DNA from: Pelagibacteraceae bacterium
GTDB lineage: Bacteria > Pseudomonadota > Alphaproteobacteria > Pelagibacterales > Pelagibacteraceae
Length of the DNA stretch: 64,000 nucleotides
Direction: 5' to 3'
Assembly: GCA_038124645.1 (NCBI GenBank)
Contig: JAYPCI010000004.1
Span: forward strand, 5,489-69,488
In this document: piece by piece, positions 39,948 to 49,613 of the stretch
How the letters are laid out: the number at the start of each line of letters is the position of its first letter
Position numbering within the stretch: the stretch's first letter is position 1
Translations under genes and position numbers: made by a program
Notes under the pieces: model-generated
What the model was told of the DNA's origin: nothing
Databases searched by the model: none
Seen by the model: only the letters and a program-made list of their open reading frames with translations

Positions 39948-40421
39948 ATGATGTATAATAATCCTATGCGTAGAAATTTTTTAAAAGTTCTATCTTTTTC
40001 TTTTTTAGGATTATTTTTATCACCATTTAAGTTTATTTATGCTGCCACTAAACAAATTATTAATAAGGATTTAACCGAAGAGCAAAAAAATATTTTATTT
40101 AACCAAGGAACAGAAAGGCCTTTCACTAGTGATCTTTTGAATGAAAAACGTGAAGGCTTTTATCATTGTGTAAATTGTGGAGCTAAACTTTTTAGTTCTG
40201 CTGCCAAATATGACAGTGGTACCGGTTGGCCATCTTTTTCTGAGGCTTTGCCTGGCGCTTTTGTGACTAAAATGGATTATTCTGAAGGTATGCGTCGAGT
40301 TGAGTATAGTTGTGCTAAATGTGGTGCCCATCACGGTCATGTATTTTTGGATGGTCCAACTACAACAGGTTTAAGATATTGTAACAATGGATTATGCTTA
40401 TTTTTTGTACCTAAAGAGTAA
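39948..40421 (+). CDS. msrB: peptide-methionine (R)-S-oxide reductase MsrB with twin-arginine signal peptide
   Basis: 157 aa. SelR domain with two CxxC pairs (CVNCG, CAKCG), GHVF and RYCNNG. The N-terminus MRRNFLK plus a hydrophobic stretch ending IYA-A looks like a Tat signal. Confidence 0.9.
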   Translation: MMYNNPMRRNFLKVLSFSFLGLFLSPFKFIYAATKQIINKDLTEEQKNILFNQGTERPFTSDLLNEKREGFYHCVNCGAKLFSSAAKYDSGTGWPSFSEALPGAFVTKMDYSEGMRRVEYSCAKCGAHHGHVFLDGPTTTGLRYCNNGLCLFFVPKE

Positions 40422-40430
40422 GTTAATGGC

Positions 40431-41486
40431 TTAGTCTGAAAGCAGATTTAAATAGCTCTCATTAAAACTTAAGAACACATTTTGGTTTTTCTTAAAACTT
40501 TTTTGTGTTTCAGAATCAATTACAAATAAATTTCCAACACTGGTCTTAACTTGATACTGTATTGTATTACCTACGAAAGAGGCATTAATAACTTGACCTG
40601 AGATTGACTTGTCAGAACGATCAGCACCAATCTTTATTTTGTCAGGTCGAATTGAAACACTTGGTTGAGCATTCGGTTTCAGCGCTGAGTTTATTTTAAA
40701 AGCAAGATTCTCAATTTTAATATCAAATTGCTTGCCTTGATTAGCTGTAATTGAACATTTGATAATATTCGAGTCGCCAATAAAATCAGCAACAAATTTT
40801 GTATTGGGTGTATTATATAGATCTCTAGGAGTTCCTTGCTGAGCAATAACAGCTTTGTTCATCACGATAATGCTATCAGAGATTGCTAGGGCTTCCTCTT
40901 GATCGTGGGTGACATAAATTGTTGTGACGCCAAGAGTTTGTTGTAAACTTCGAATATCTTCCCTAACCTGTCTTCTCAATTTACTATCAAGATTTGATAG
41001 AGGTTCATCAAATAATAATACTTTCGGCTCTAAAACAATTGCTCGGGCAACAGCCACTCGTTGTTGTTGTCCGCCTGACAACTCTGAAGGCATACGCTTG
41101 TCAAAACCTTCGAGTCCAACAAGTTTGAGAGTGTTAAATGTTTTCTCGCTATATTCTTCTTTGGGAGTATTGACCATTCTTAATCCGTACGAAATATTTT
41201 CAAAAACATTCATGTGCGGAAATAAAGCATAAGATTGAAAAACCATTGAAACATCTCTTTCAGTCGCAGGCAAAATTGTAACATCTTCACCATCAATAAA
41301 AATATTTCCGCGCGTCGACCTTTCAAGTCCAGCAATCATTCTAAGCGACGTAGTTTTGCCGCAACCCGAGGGACCTAACAAAGTAGTAAGAGTTCCTGGT
41401 TGAAACTCGCAGCTAATATTATCTACTGCAATAGTTTCATTAAATTTCTTTGAAACGTTTTTAAATTCAACTTTAACTTTTTTCAT
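40431..41486 (-). CDS. ABC transporter ATP-binding protein, Fe3+/polyamine-type (FbpC/AfuC-like)
   Basis: 351 aa. GPSGCGKTT, LSGGQQQRVA, LLFDEP, and a C-terminal TOBE-like domain. Confidence 0.85.
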   Translation of the reverse strand: MKKVKVEFKNVSKKFNETIAVDNISCEFQPGTLTTLLGPSGCGKTTSLRMIAGLERSTRGNIFIDGEDVTILPATERDVSMVFQSYALFPHMNVFENISYGLRMVNTPKEEYSEKTFNTLKLVGLEGFDKRMPSELSGGQQQRVAVARAIVLEPKVLLFDEPLSNLDSKLRRQVREDIRSLQQTLGVTTIYVTHDQEEALAISDSIIVMNKAVIAQQGTPRDLYNTPNTKFVADFIGDSNIIKCSITANQGKQFDIKIENLAFKINSALKPNAQPSVSIRPDKIKIGADRSDKSISGQVINASFVGNTIQYQVKTSVGNLFVIDSETQKSFKKNQNVFLSFNESYLNLLSD

Positions 41487-41487
41487 T

Positions 41488-43686
41488 TTAACCCGCTCCT
41501 TGCAATAAACTAAACCCTTGATCTCGTCTACCTAATTTTCTTCGTCCAACAATTAATTGGATGACAACAATCGTCAACAACATTACAACGATTAATGCTG
41601 AAGAATAAACAATAGCTAAACCATAATCATTATTTTCTAACCTTCCTAAAATATAAGAGGTTGCTAAATCATATTTAGCACTTACTAGGAAAATCACTGC
41701 ACTGATGGCTGTCATAGCTCGAACGAAAGAGAAAACTAAAGAAGCAATAATTGCCGGTTTTAAAAGAGGCAAGATGACATTCGTAAAAGTTTGGTAACTA
41801 GATGCATTTAAGGTAGAAGATGCCTCATCTAAATGCGGATCTAATTGGTTCATAGAGGCAATTCCTGCTCGGACCCCAACTGGCATATTTCTAAATACAA
41901 ATGAAATAATTAAAATAATTCCTGTACCAGTGATTTCAATCGGGGGTGTATTAAAGGCAAACACGTAACTAACTCCAATTATCGTACCAGGAATTGCGAA
42001 GCTGAGCATAGTTCCAAATTCAAAAGCTCGTTTGCCAATAAAGTTATGACGCGTTAATAAATACGCAGTCAGTATCCCGATGGCAGCAGTTGGCGGTGCT
42101 GATAAAATTGCTACCCAGAAAGTCGTCGAGAAAGAATTCCACGCCGTTCCTGTCCAATGCAAACCACCAATTTTTTCGTCATAAGCTACACTAAATGCCT
42201 CAATGTAATGTTTTAAAGTAAATTGATGATTTACACCCCACATTTCAACGAAACCACCAAACATAATCATTACATAAATGATTAAGGTTAGTAGCCCCCA
42301 AGGCACTACAACAAAATAGAGAAAGTTCTTAACTGGACTTGGTAGTTCTGAGTATAAACCACTGTCGCCCTTTCCGGTGATTGATACATAAGATTTTTTC
42401 CCCAACCACTGATTTTGAATATAAAATGAAATCAAGACCATCGATAATAAAATCATAGCTAAAACGGCGGCACGGGACTCATCATATTGAGCGCCGACAA
42501 CTGCAAAGAAAATCTCGGTTGATAAAACATCATAATCTCCGCCTAAGACCAAGGGATTTCCAAAGTCAGCTAAGCTTTCAATAAAACCAAGGAGAAAAGC
42601 ATTAGCAATGCCGGGTCGCATCAAAGGAAAGGTTACTGTTTTAAAAACCTGCCATCTAGATGCTCTTAAAGTTTGAGAAGCTTCTTCCATCGATGGTGAA
42701 ATGCTTTCTACCACTCCAATTAAAACTAAAAAAGCAATTGGTGTGAACGCTAACGTTTGCGCAAACCAAATTCCTGATAAACCATAAATCCATCTTGAAC
42801 GCTCTATTTCAAAACCCCACTCGAGAAAAGATGAAACAGCACCACTTCGTCCAAATAAAATAATAATCGCTAAACCAATTACAAAAGGCGGCGTAATAAT
42901 AGGTAAAACAGATAAAACTTTGAATAGTCTTTTAAGTTTAAAATTTGTTCGCGCCACTAACAGAGCAAAACCTAATCCTAAAAACGTCGATGAAAACGCT
43001 GTTAAAATTCCCATCCATAAAGTATTCCAAACAACGCCGCACCTTAATTCGCTATAAAGACAATCAATGCCCCAGAGTCCTTTATTAATAAATTTTCCAG
43101 AAAAACTTACTAAATTATGAACACCTTCTGTGTCTAAGAATGCACGGTCAAACATACTGAGAATCGGATAGAAAATAAAAATAGTGACTAGAATAATGAT
43201 TGACCAAATAGTCCCAACGATAAAGTTGTCTCCATTTAACCACCCGCGCGAGGATAGACCATGGGTAATATAAAAGATAAAAGTTGAAATTGTTAAAACG
43301 GCACCAACGCCAATTCCAAATTGGCGATCAACCTCACCGAAAATTTCTTGTAAAGTTAAAAAATTCCAGCCCCTAACTCCGATCGCAAAACCTTGAAAAA
43401 AGAAATATAAAAATCCTAGCAGTCCACAGATAAGAAAAATATTAGAGTAGGTGCGACGCTGAGATTTTAAAAAAACTAAAATAATTGGAAAAACTAATGG
43501 CAGCGCCAAAGGCAATAACCATTTTTTTTCATGAAAAGCTAAATAAAAGGCTGGTCCGTAATCTTCTAATTCATATTCAAGCAACCATTCAAAAACAAAA
43601 AACCCGTCATTGATCATGTACCACGGAAGAATAAAATAACCTAAACTTCCAATAAATATCCAACCAATGACGAGCTTTCTCATCAA
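41488..43686 (-). CDS. fused two-domain ABC permease, Fe3+-type (FbpB/AfuB-like)
   Basis: 732 aa with two binding-protein-dependent permease domains plus an extra N-terminal TM region. Confidence 0.8.
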   Translation of the reverse strand: MMRKLVIGWIFIGSLGYFILPWYMINDGFFVFEWLLEYELEDYGPAFYLAFHEKKWLLPLALPLVFPIILVFLKSQRRTYSNIFLICGLLGFLYFFFQGFAIGVRGWNFLTLQEIFGEVDRQFGIGVGAVLTISTFIFYITHGLSSRGWLNGDNFIVGTIWSIIILVTIFIFYPILSMFDRAFLDTEGVHNLVSFSGKFINKGLWGIDCLYSELRCGVVWNTLWMGILTAFSSTFLGLGFALLVARTNFKLKRLFKVLSVLPIITPPFVIGLAIIILFGRSGAVSSFLEWGFEIERSRWIYGLSGIWFAQTLAFTPIAFLVLIGVVESISPSMEEASQTLRASRWQVFKTVTFPLMRPGIANAFLLGFIESLADFGNPLVLGGDYDVLSTEIFFAVVGAQYDESRAAVLAMILLSMVLISFYIQNQWLGKKSYVSITGKGDSGLYSELPSPVKNFLYFVVVPWGLLTLIIYVMIMFGGFVEMWGVNHQFTLKHYIEAFSVAYDEKIGGLHWTGTAWNSFSTTFWVAILSAPPTAAIGILTAYLLTRHNFIGKRAFEFGTMLSFAIPGTIIGVSYVFAFNTPPIEITGTGIILIISFVFRNMPVGVRAGIASMNQLDPHLDEASSTLNASSYQTFTNVILPLLKPAIIASLVFSFVRAMTAISAVIFLVSAKYDLATSYILGRLENNDYGLAIVYSSALIVVMLLTIVVIQLIVGRRKLGRRDQGFSLLQGAG

Positions 43687-43688
43687 AC

Positions 43689-44723
43689 TTATCTTGGTAA
43701 ATTAGATACGTCGTTGTCCCATTTACCTAGAAGCTGACCTCTTTTATCTTTGTTCCCGTATGTTTTGAAATCATAATTAATTAATTTGATTTGAGATAAT
43801 ACAGGAGCATCAGGGTCGCCTTTAGCTTTAGTATTCGCAGGAACCTGTAACGATTGACCTGAGTTAAATACTAAAGTTTGCGCTGCCGGACTAAGTGCCC
43901 AGTCGTAAAAGACTTTAGCTTCTTTCATATTTCGAGCACCTTTAATGATACTCATTGAACCAACCTCATAGCCAGTGCCTTCAGTTGGTGACACTACTGC
44001 AATTGGTAAACCGCTTTTCTTTTGTTTAACCGCATCGTGTTGGAACACAATACCAATAGTTGTTTCACCTCTAGCAGCTGCTTTGATCGGTGCAGATCCA
44101 GATTTAGTATATTGGTTAACATTCGCATGAAGTTTTTTCATGTAATCCCAACCTTTATCTTCACCTAAAATTTGCATGATAGTTGCTAATGTTGTGTAAG
44201 CAGTACCAGATGAATTGGGGTTAGCAATTTGAACTTCACCTTTGTATTCTGGTTTAGTTAAATCAGCCCATGATTTTGGAACTGGTAAACCTTTTGATTT
44301 TAAAAGCTCCGTGTTGTAACCGTAGCCCAAAGCACCAACGTAAATTCCAACCGATCTATAATCAGCAAATTTAGCTTGGTTTTGTGCAGCTGGTAATAAA
44401 TCTTTTAAGTGTTTTGATTTATACTTTTCAGTCAAACCTTCTTGGGCAGCCGTTAAGTGTGGATCACCTGTTCCACCATACCATACATCACCTTTTGGAT
44501 TTGAAGACTCTGCTTTAATTTGAGCAAACGTTTCACCAGAACTTTTTCTTGTCATTGCAACATCAATTCCAGTGTCCTTTTTGAAACCTTGAATTAAAAG
44601 TTCACAAACTTCTATTTCCACGCTGCAATAAAGTGTTAAATTCCCTTTAGCAAACGAAGGAAAAGAAAAAGACATTAGAAACAATGTTGAAAAAACAAAA
44701 AGTATTTTTTTTACATTTTTCAT
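43689..44723 (-). CDS. periplasmic substrate-binding protein, Fe3+-type (FbpA/AfuA-like)
   Basis: 344 aa. Signal peptide; GDVWYGGTGDPHL and SGTAYT patterns of COG1840-type SBPs. The substrate is inferred only. Confidence 0.75.
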   Translation of the reverse strand: MKNVKKILFVFSTLFLMSFSFPSFAKGNLTLYCSVEIEVCELLIQGFKKDTGIDVAMTRKSSGETFAQIKAESSNPKGDVWYGGTGDPHLTAAQEGLTEKYKSKHLKDLLPAAQNQAKFADYRSVGIYVGALGYGYNTELLKSKGLPVPKSWADLTKPEYKGEVQIANPNSSGTAYTTLATIMQILGEDKGWDYMKKLHANVNQYTKSGSAPIKAAARGETTIGIVFQHDAVKQKKSGLPIAVVSPTEGTGYEVGSMSIIKGARNMKEAKVFYDWALSPAAQTLVFNSGQSLQVPANTKAKGDPDAPVLSQIKLINYDFKTYGNKDKRGQLLGKWDNDVSNLPR

Positions 44724-44867
44724 GTTGTTCTCCCTTTGTTAATTTATTGAATTAGATTATAAAAACTTGGTTTTGTGAAGTGCTATAATAAAGTTTTTAA
44801 TACTACCTGAGGTTTAAGTTTATAATTAAACTTGCAATTACTTATAAAAATATTAGATAGCGAGAAT

Positions 44868-45092
44868 ATGAACTATAAAGAATTTTTAGAGCAGTTGGAA
44901 GTTTTAGGTATGGATATTGATGATGTTGCTGAAGCATTAGATATAGAAGTTACCGAAATAGAGAAATGGGAAGAGCTAGAAGAAATTCCTGCTGAAGCTG
45001 AAGATTGGATCAAAGAGGAACAAGATCTTGTTGACGGGGAAAATGAAGACGAGGATGAGGAAGATCTTGACGAAGAAACTACTGAAGATTAA
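44868..45092 (+). CDS. small, extremely acidic protein with HTH-like N-terminus, unknown function
   Basis: 74 aa from ATG 44868 (the track ORF starts at an upstream TTG). MNYKEFLEQLEVLGMDIDDVAEALDIEVTEIEKWEE is followed by a D/E-rich tail. Confidence 0.5.
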   Translation: MNYKEFLEQLEVLGMDIDDVAEALDIEVTEIEKWEELEEIPAEAEDWIKEEQDLVDGENEDEDEEDLDEETTED

Positions 45093-45102
45093 TTTTAATT
45101 TA

Positions 45103-45750
45103 ATGCAATTATTAAAATTATTATCTTTTATACTTATCTCTATTTTTATCCAGCAAACTAGTTTTTCTAAGGAAGTTAAAGTTTTTGAATTTACAGCTAA
45201 TGAATTGGAAACATTGGATAAAAGGAAAATTAAAGGTGAAACTATTTATACTCTAGGTGCTAACGAAAAGGGAAATTTTATCAAAGCTGAAGCTAACGCT
45301 GCTGGCTCTGGTCTAGGAAAAGAAATAACAATTAATTTAAACGAAACACCTTTCATCAATATTACATGGAAAGTTGAGAAAAGTTTGGGTGACATTAATC
45401 CTAAAGAAAAGAAAATGCATGACTTTGCCGCCAGGGTTTTTGTAGCTAAACAAATGGGTCTTACACCATTATCGAATAAGGCAATTAATTTTGCTTTTAG
45501 CAATACTTACCAACCACAAGATTATTGGACTTCGCCTTGGACCAAATCTTCAATTGATTATGTTTTATCTTCATCGAAAGAACATTTAAATGAATGGGTT
45601 ACTGTTAAAGCTAATGTTAAAGAATTATATAAAAAGTTACACGATTTAGACCTTGAGGATATTGATGGCGTTGCTATTTTTGCTGATACAGATAATACTA
45701 AACTTTCTGCTATTAGCTATTTCCAAAATATTTACTTTTCCTCAAATTAA
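45103..45750 (+). CDS. secreted DUF3047-like protein
   Basis: Start moved to ATG 45103 (MQLLKLLSFILISIFIQQTSFS signal peptide). The HDFAARVFV segment resembles the DUF3047 core as I recall it. Confidence 0.6.
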   Translation: MQLLKLLSFILISIFIQQTSFSKEVKVFEFTANELETLDKRKIKGETIYTLGANEKGNFIKAEANAAGSGLGKEITINLNETPFINITWKVEKSLGDINPKEKKMHDFAARVFVAKQMGLTPLSNKAINFAFSNTYQPQDYWTSPWTKSSIDYVLSSSKEHLNEWVTVKANVKELYKKLHDLDLEDIDGVAIFADTDNTKLSAISYFQNIYFSSN

Positions 45751-45847
45751 AAGCCAATTATAACAAAGCTATGAAAGATACGTTTGTTTATATTTTGTAT
45801 GGCATAGCTTTGGGTTTAGCAATTTACCTCGCTGATAAATACCTTTT

Positions 45848-46768
45848 CTAAAACCACGCTATGTTTTTTGATTTGCAAAAATCCTGAAGTTTTTTGGGAT
45901 AATCTGTGATGATGCCGTCCACACCATATTCGATCATTCTTTGAAAATCACTCTCACTATTAACTGTCCAAGTATTGACTGCCAATCCAAGATTATGGGC
46001 AAGCTCAACGTTTTGTTTGGTAACATCACGGTAAAATGGGCACCAAGCATGACCAGCTAATTTTTTTATAACTTTAGGTAACTCGAATAATTCAATTTCA
46101 GTTATATTCTCATCCACCCAAGGTGAATTAGCTGAAATATTTTTTTTAAAAGACCCCAGGTCTTGCTGCAGAGATAAATGACCTCTTAAAATATTGGGTG
46201 CCTGTTTTTTAAATTCTTTAATAATTCTCCAGTCAAACGAAGAAATTAAAGTGCGATCTTCCAAACTTGATTTTTTTATTTCATTTAAAATAAGTTGTAC
46301 CATCTCATTAGGTTTAGGTGTTAAGCCCTCTTCAACTGGGGTTGATTTAATTTCTAAATTTAAAAAAACATCTTTATTGGCATTTTGATTTAATAACTCA
46401 AATAATTTGGCTAAGGTTGGGATCCGTATATTGTCTAATTGTTTTTGATCTTTAAACCGCCTACCATAGGAACTACTGGGATTAATGCTACCAACATCAT
46501 ATTGCTGAAGTTCTTGTGAAGTCATCTGATTTACCTTTTGGTCACGGTTTAATAGCCACTGACCTTGGGCATCCCTAGTGTTACTGATATTCAATCTAAA
46601 ATCATGCACGAGCACTGGAATTGAATCTTTGGCAATCAATACATCAAATTCGAATGCTTTAACTCCAGTGGAAAATAAATATTCAAATCCTTCAATAGTA
46701 TTTTCAGGATAATCTCCTCGAGCGCCTCGATGACCATAAATCCTTACATAATTTGGTTTCATCAACAC
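45848..46768 (-). CDS. ugpQ: glycerophosphodiester phosphodiesterase
   Basis: 306 aa. GDPD motifs YGHRGARGDYPENT and FEFDV. Last gene of the ugp cluster. Confidence 0.85.
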   Translation of the reverse strand: MLMKPNYVRIYGHRGARGDYPENTIEGFEYLFSTGVKAFEFDVLIAKDSIPVLVHDFRLNISNTRDAQGQWLLNRDQKVNQMTSQELQQYDVGSINPSSSYGRRFKDQKQLDNIRIPTLAKLFELLNQNANKDVFLNLEIKSTPVEEGLTPKPNEMVQLILNEIKKSSLEDRTLISSFDWRIIKEFKKQAPNILRGHLSLQQDLGSFKKNISANSPWVDENITEIELFELPKVIKKLAGHAWCPFYRDVTKQNVELAHNLGLAVNTWTVNSESDFQRMIEYGVDGIITDYPKKLQDFCKSKNIAWF

Positions 46769-47824
46769 TTAATTAATCCTCTCACCTGTTTCTCTGTCAA
46801 ACAAGTGAACTTTTGTGGAGTCGAAATTTAATTTTATTTTATCACCAATGTCTTTCTTGTTGAGAACACCTGGTACACTGATAACTAAACTTTGATCAGA
46901 ATTTTCAAGATTAGCATGCACTAAAGTGTCTGATCCGATCATTTCAAGCATATCAACATTAGCATTTAAATTACCCTCTTTGCTAATTTTTAAATCTTCA
47001 GGCCTAATACCTAAAGCGAGCGAGCCTTTTTTCTTACTACTAAGATTAATTTGATTGCTATTAACAAATTTTATTTGGGAACCATCACTTTCACACTGAA
47101 ATATATTCATAGCTGGGCTACCAATAAATTGGGCAGTAAATAAATTTTTAGGCTGCGAGTAAACTTCAATCGGTGTTCCAACCTGCATCACTTTACCTAA
47201 ATTCATCACAACCAAACGATCTCCTAAGGTCATCGCCTCTATTTGGTCGTGTGTCACAAATACTGAAGTAGTTTTTAATTGTGTATGTAATTTTTTAATC
47301 TCTAGTCGCATTTGTACTCTAAGCGCAGCATCAAGATTAGATAAGGGCTCATCATACAAAAAGGCGACTGGACTTCTCACAATAGCTCGACCCATAGCAA
47401 CTCGTTGTCGTTGTCCTCCCGATAACTGACTTGGTTTTCGGTCAAGAAAATCATTTATTTTTAATATGTTGGCAGCTTTTTTAACTCTGTCATCAATTTC
47501 ATTTCTTGGAATCTTTGCTATTTTAAGACCATAAGCCATATTATCGTAAACACTCATGTGCGGATAAAGAGCATAGTTTTGAAAAACCATAGCAATATTT
47601 CTCTCCATCGGCTCAAGGTCATTTACTTTTTTGCCATCAATTAAAACTTCTCCGCTATTCACTTCTTCAAGCCCTGCGATCATTCTTAGTAGTGTAGATT
47701 TTCCACAACCTGAAGGTCCAACTAGAACAACAAATTCACCATCTTTAATATCGGCACTTAAGCCATGAATGACTTTATTTTTTCCATAAAATTTTTCTAA
47801 ATTCTTAAGATTGATTGTTGCCAT
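46769..47824 (-). CDS. ugpC: sn-glycerol-3-phosphate ABC transporter ATP-binding protein
   Basis: 351 aa. GPSGCGKST, LSGGQRQRVA, LYDEP. Confidence 0.88.
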   Translation of the reverse strand: MATINLKNLEKFYGKNKVIHGLSADIKDGEFVVLVGPSGCGKSTLLRMIAGLEEVNSGEVLIDGKKVNDLEPMERNIAMVFQNYALYPHMSVYDNMAYGLKIAKIPRNEIDDRVKKAANILKINDFLDRKPSQLSGGQRQRVAMGRAIVRSPVAFLYDEPLSNLDAALRVQMRLEIKKLHTQLKTTSVFVTHDQIEAMTLGDRLVVMNLGKVMQVGTPIEVYSQPKNLFTAQFIGSPAMNIFQCESDGSQIKFVNSNQINLSSKKKGSLALGIRPEDLKISKEGNLNANVDMLEMIGSDTLVHANLENSDQSLVISVPGVLNKKDIGDKIKLNFDSTKVHLFDRETGERIN

Positions 47825-47825
47825 A

Positions 47826-48683
47826 TTATTTATCGCTTTCTAAAAGTCCTTTTACAAAAAATTTCTGCATTCCTATCACAATTAAGACCGTTGGTATCAT
47901 AGATAAAATAGCTGTGCTAAAAATAGTTGGCCAATGACCAAAGTCATCACCCGTAGGTATCATAAATTTTATACCCATTACAATCGTTTGCATGCTGGTA
48001 TCGGTTGTGATTAATAAAGGCCAGAGGTATTGATTAAAACCATATACAAACATAATTACAAACAAGGCTGCTATATTGGTTCTACTAATTGGAATTAAAA
48101 TATCTTTAAAAAATTGTATTGGTCCTGCGCCATCCATCCGTGCTGCTTCGATCATTTCATTAGGCACGGTTAAGAAAAACTGCCTAAATAAAAAAGTTGC
48201 AGTGGCAGAAGCAATTAAAGGTAAAATTAAGCCTGAGTAACTATTTAACATATTTAAGTTAGCCACCACTTCATAAGTTGGCACAATTCTTACTTCAACT
48301 GGTAACATGAGCGTAATAAATATTAACCAAAAGAAAGTTCTTCTAAATGGAAATTTGAAATAAACAAAAGCAAAAGCGGAGAGTAAAGAAATAATAATTT
48401 TTCCAATGGTTATACCAAGTGCCATAATTGTTGAGTTAATCAGCATTTTGACAATCGGGATATGATTATAAACATAGTCTTCTGGGCCACCATATAACAA
48501 AGTATTTTTGTAGTTCTCAATAAAGTGTGGTCCAGGTAAAACTGGAAATGGTGGTTGTAAGATGTCATCATTAGTAACAGTTGAGCCAACAAAAGCTAAC
48601 CATACCGGGAAGAAAATAAATAGTACTCCAATAATTAAACCCAAGTGTGTCAACCAATAGCCTGCTTGTTTTTTTTCTACCAT
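47826..48683 (-). CDS. ugpE: sn-glycerol-3-phosphate ABC transporter permease
   Basis: 285 aa. EAA-loop permease (EAARMDGAGPIQFF). Confidence 0.85.
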   Translation of the reverse strand: MVEKKQAGYWLTHLGLIIGVLFIFFPVWLAFVGSTVTNDDILQPPFPVLPGPHFIENYKNTLLYGGPEDYVYNHIPIVKMLINSTIMALGITIGKIIISLLSAFAFVYFKFPFRRTFFWLIFITLMLPVEVRIVPTYEVVANLNMLNSYSGLILPLIASATATFLFRQFFLTVPNEMIEAARMDGAGPIQFFKDILIPISRTNIAALFVIMFVYGFNQYLWPLLITTDTSMQTIVMGIKFMIPTGDDFGHWPTIFSTAILSMIPTVLIVIGMQKFFVKGLLESDK

Positions 48684-49564
48684 TAATAATGCACCTTTCT
48701 TTCAATATACTTAAATTGAAAAACTGTTAATAAACCAACACAAATTAATAAGATCACCGATTGAGCGGCGCTGCTGCCAAGATCTTGTCCAACAAATCCA
48801 TCAGCATAAACTTTATATACTAAGGTTGTTGTCGCTTGCTCTGGACCGCCTGAGGTAATCGTATGAATAACACCAAAAGTCTCAAAAAAAGCGTAGACAA
48901 TATTTACCACTAATAAGAAAAAACTGATTGGTGAAAGCAATGGAAAAACGATTGTTCTGAACCTTTTCCAAAATTTTGCTCCATCTATGGCTGCGGCTTC
49001 AATAATAGATTTTGGAATAGCCTGTAACCCCGCTAAAAAGAAAATAAAATTATAGCTGACACGTGACCAGGTAGAAGCAACGATAACTAAACTCATAGCT
49101 TCTCCTGAGTGCAGGGCATGGTTCCAATCATAACCAAGTAAACCTAAATACCAAGACACTAAACCTATTCGACCATTGAACATAAACATCCACAACACAC
49201 CAGCCACGGCTGGAGCTACGGCATAAGGCCAAATTAATAAAGTTTGATAAACACCAGCCCCTTTGATTAAACGATCAGCTAAAACTGCAAAATATAAACC
49301 TAGACCCATTGAGAGAACAGAAACTGAAATAGAAAAAATTGCGGTTGTGATAAAACTTGCTCGATAATATGAATCACCAAATAAAAAAGTGAAATTATCA
49401 ATACCAACAAACTCGGATTTTAATCCGAAGGGATCTGGTAAAAATAAAGAATTCCAGATGGCTTCTCCGGAAGGATAAAAGAAAAAAACTGCCGAAATTA
49501 TTAATTGCGGACTAACCAACAATAAGGGTAACCACCAGCCTTTAAATATAACTCGCTTTTCCAT
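48683..49564 (-). CDS. ugpA: sn-glycerol-3-phosphate ABC transporter permease
   Basis: 293 aa. EAA-loop permease (EAAAIDGAKFWKRF). Confidence 0.85.
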   Translation of the reverse strand: MEKRVIFKGWWLPLLLVSPQLIISAVFFFYPSGEAIWNSLFLPDPFGLKSEFVGIDNFTFLFGDSYYRASFITTAIFSISVSVLSMGLGLYFAVLADRLIKGAGVYQTLLIWPYAVAPAVAGVLWMFMFNGRIGLVSWYLGLLGYDWNHALHSGEAMSLVIVASTWSRVSYNFIFFLAGLQAIPKSIIEAAAIDGAKFWKRFRTIVFPLLSPISFFLLVVNIVYAFFETFGVIHTITSGGPEQATTTLVYKVYADGFVGQDLGSSAAQSVILLICVGLLTVFQFKYIERKVHY

Positions 49565-49570
49565 AAAAAA

Positions 49571-49602
49571 AATTACCGGGGATGATCATATCCCCGGTAA
49601 TT
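49571..49602 (-). terminator. intercistronic terminator-like hairpin between ugpB and ugpA
   Basis: Perfect 13-bp inverted repeat, AATTACCGGGGAT (49571-49583) and ATCCCCGGTAATT (49590-49602), with a 6-nt loop. On the minus strand it is followed by a T-run that ends at the ugpA ATG (49564). Confidence 0.55.
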
Positions 49603-49613
49603 ATAAATTTGAA

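Noticed and set aside
44724-44867. A Fur, Irr (ICE) or RirA (IRO) operator upstream of the Fe3+-type ABC operon.
   Set aside because: There is no convincing match to GATAATGATAATCATTATC, TTTAGAA-N3-TTCTAAA or TGA-N9-TCA. AT-rich partial matches are not distinguishable from background by eye.
45771-45851. A 26-aa hydrophobic ORF (MKDTFVYILYGIALGLAIYLADKYLF) in the DUF3047-ugpQ spacer.
   Set aside because: It is very short, has no SD-like sequence, and overlaps the ugpQ stop. It cannot be supported without conservation or translation data.
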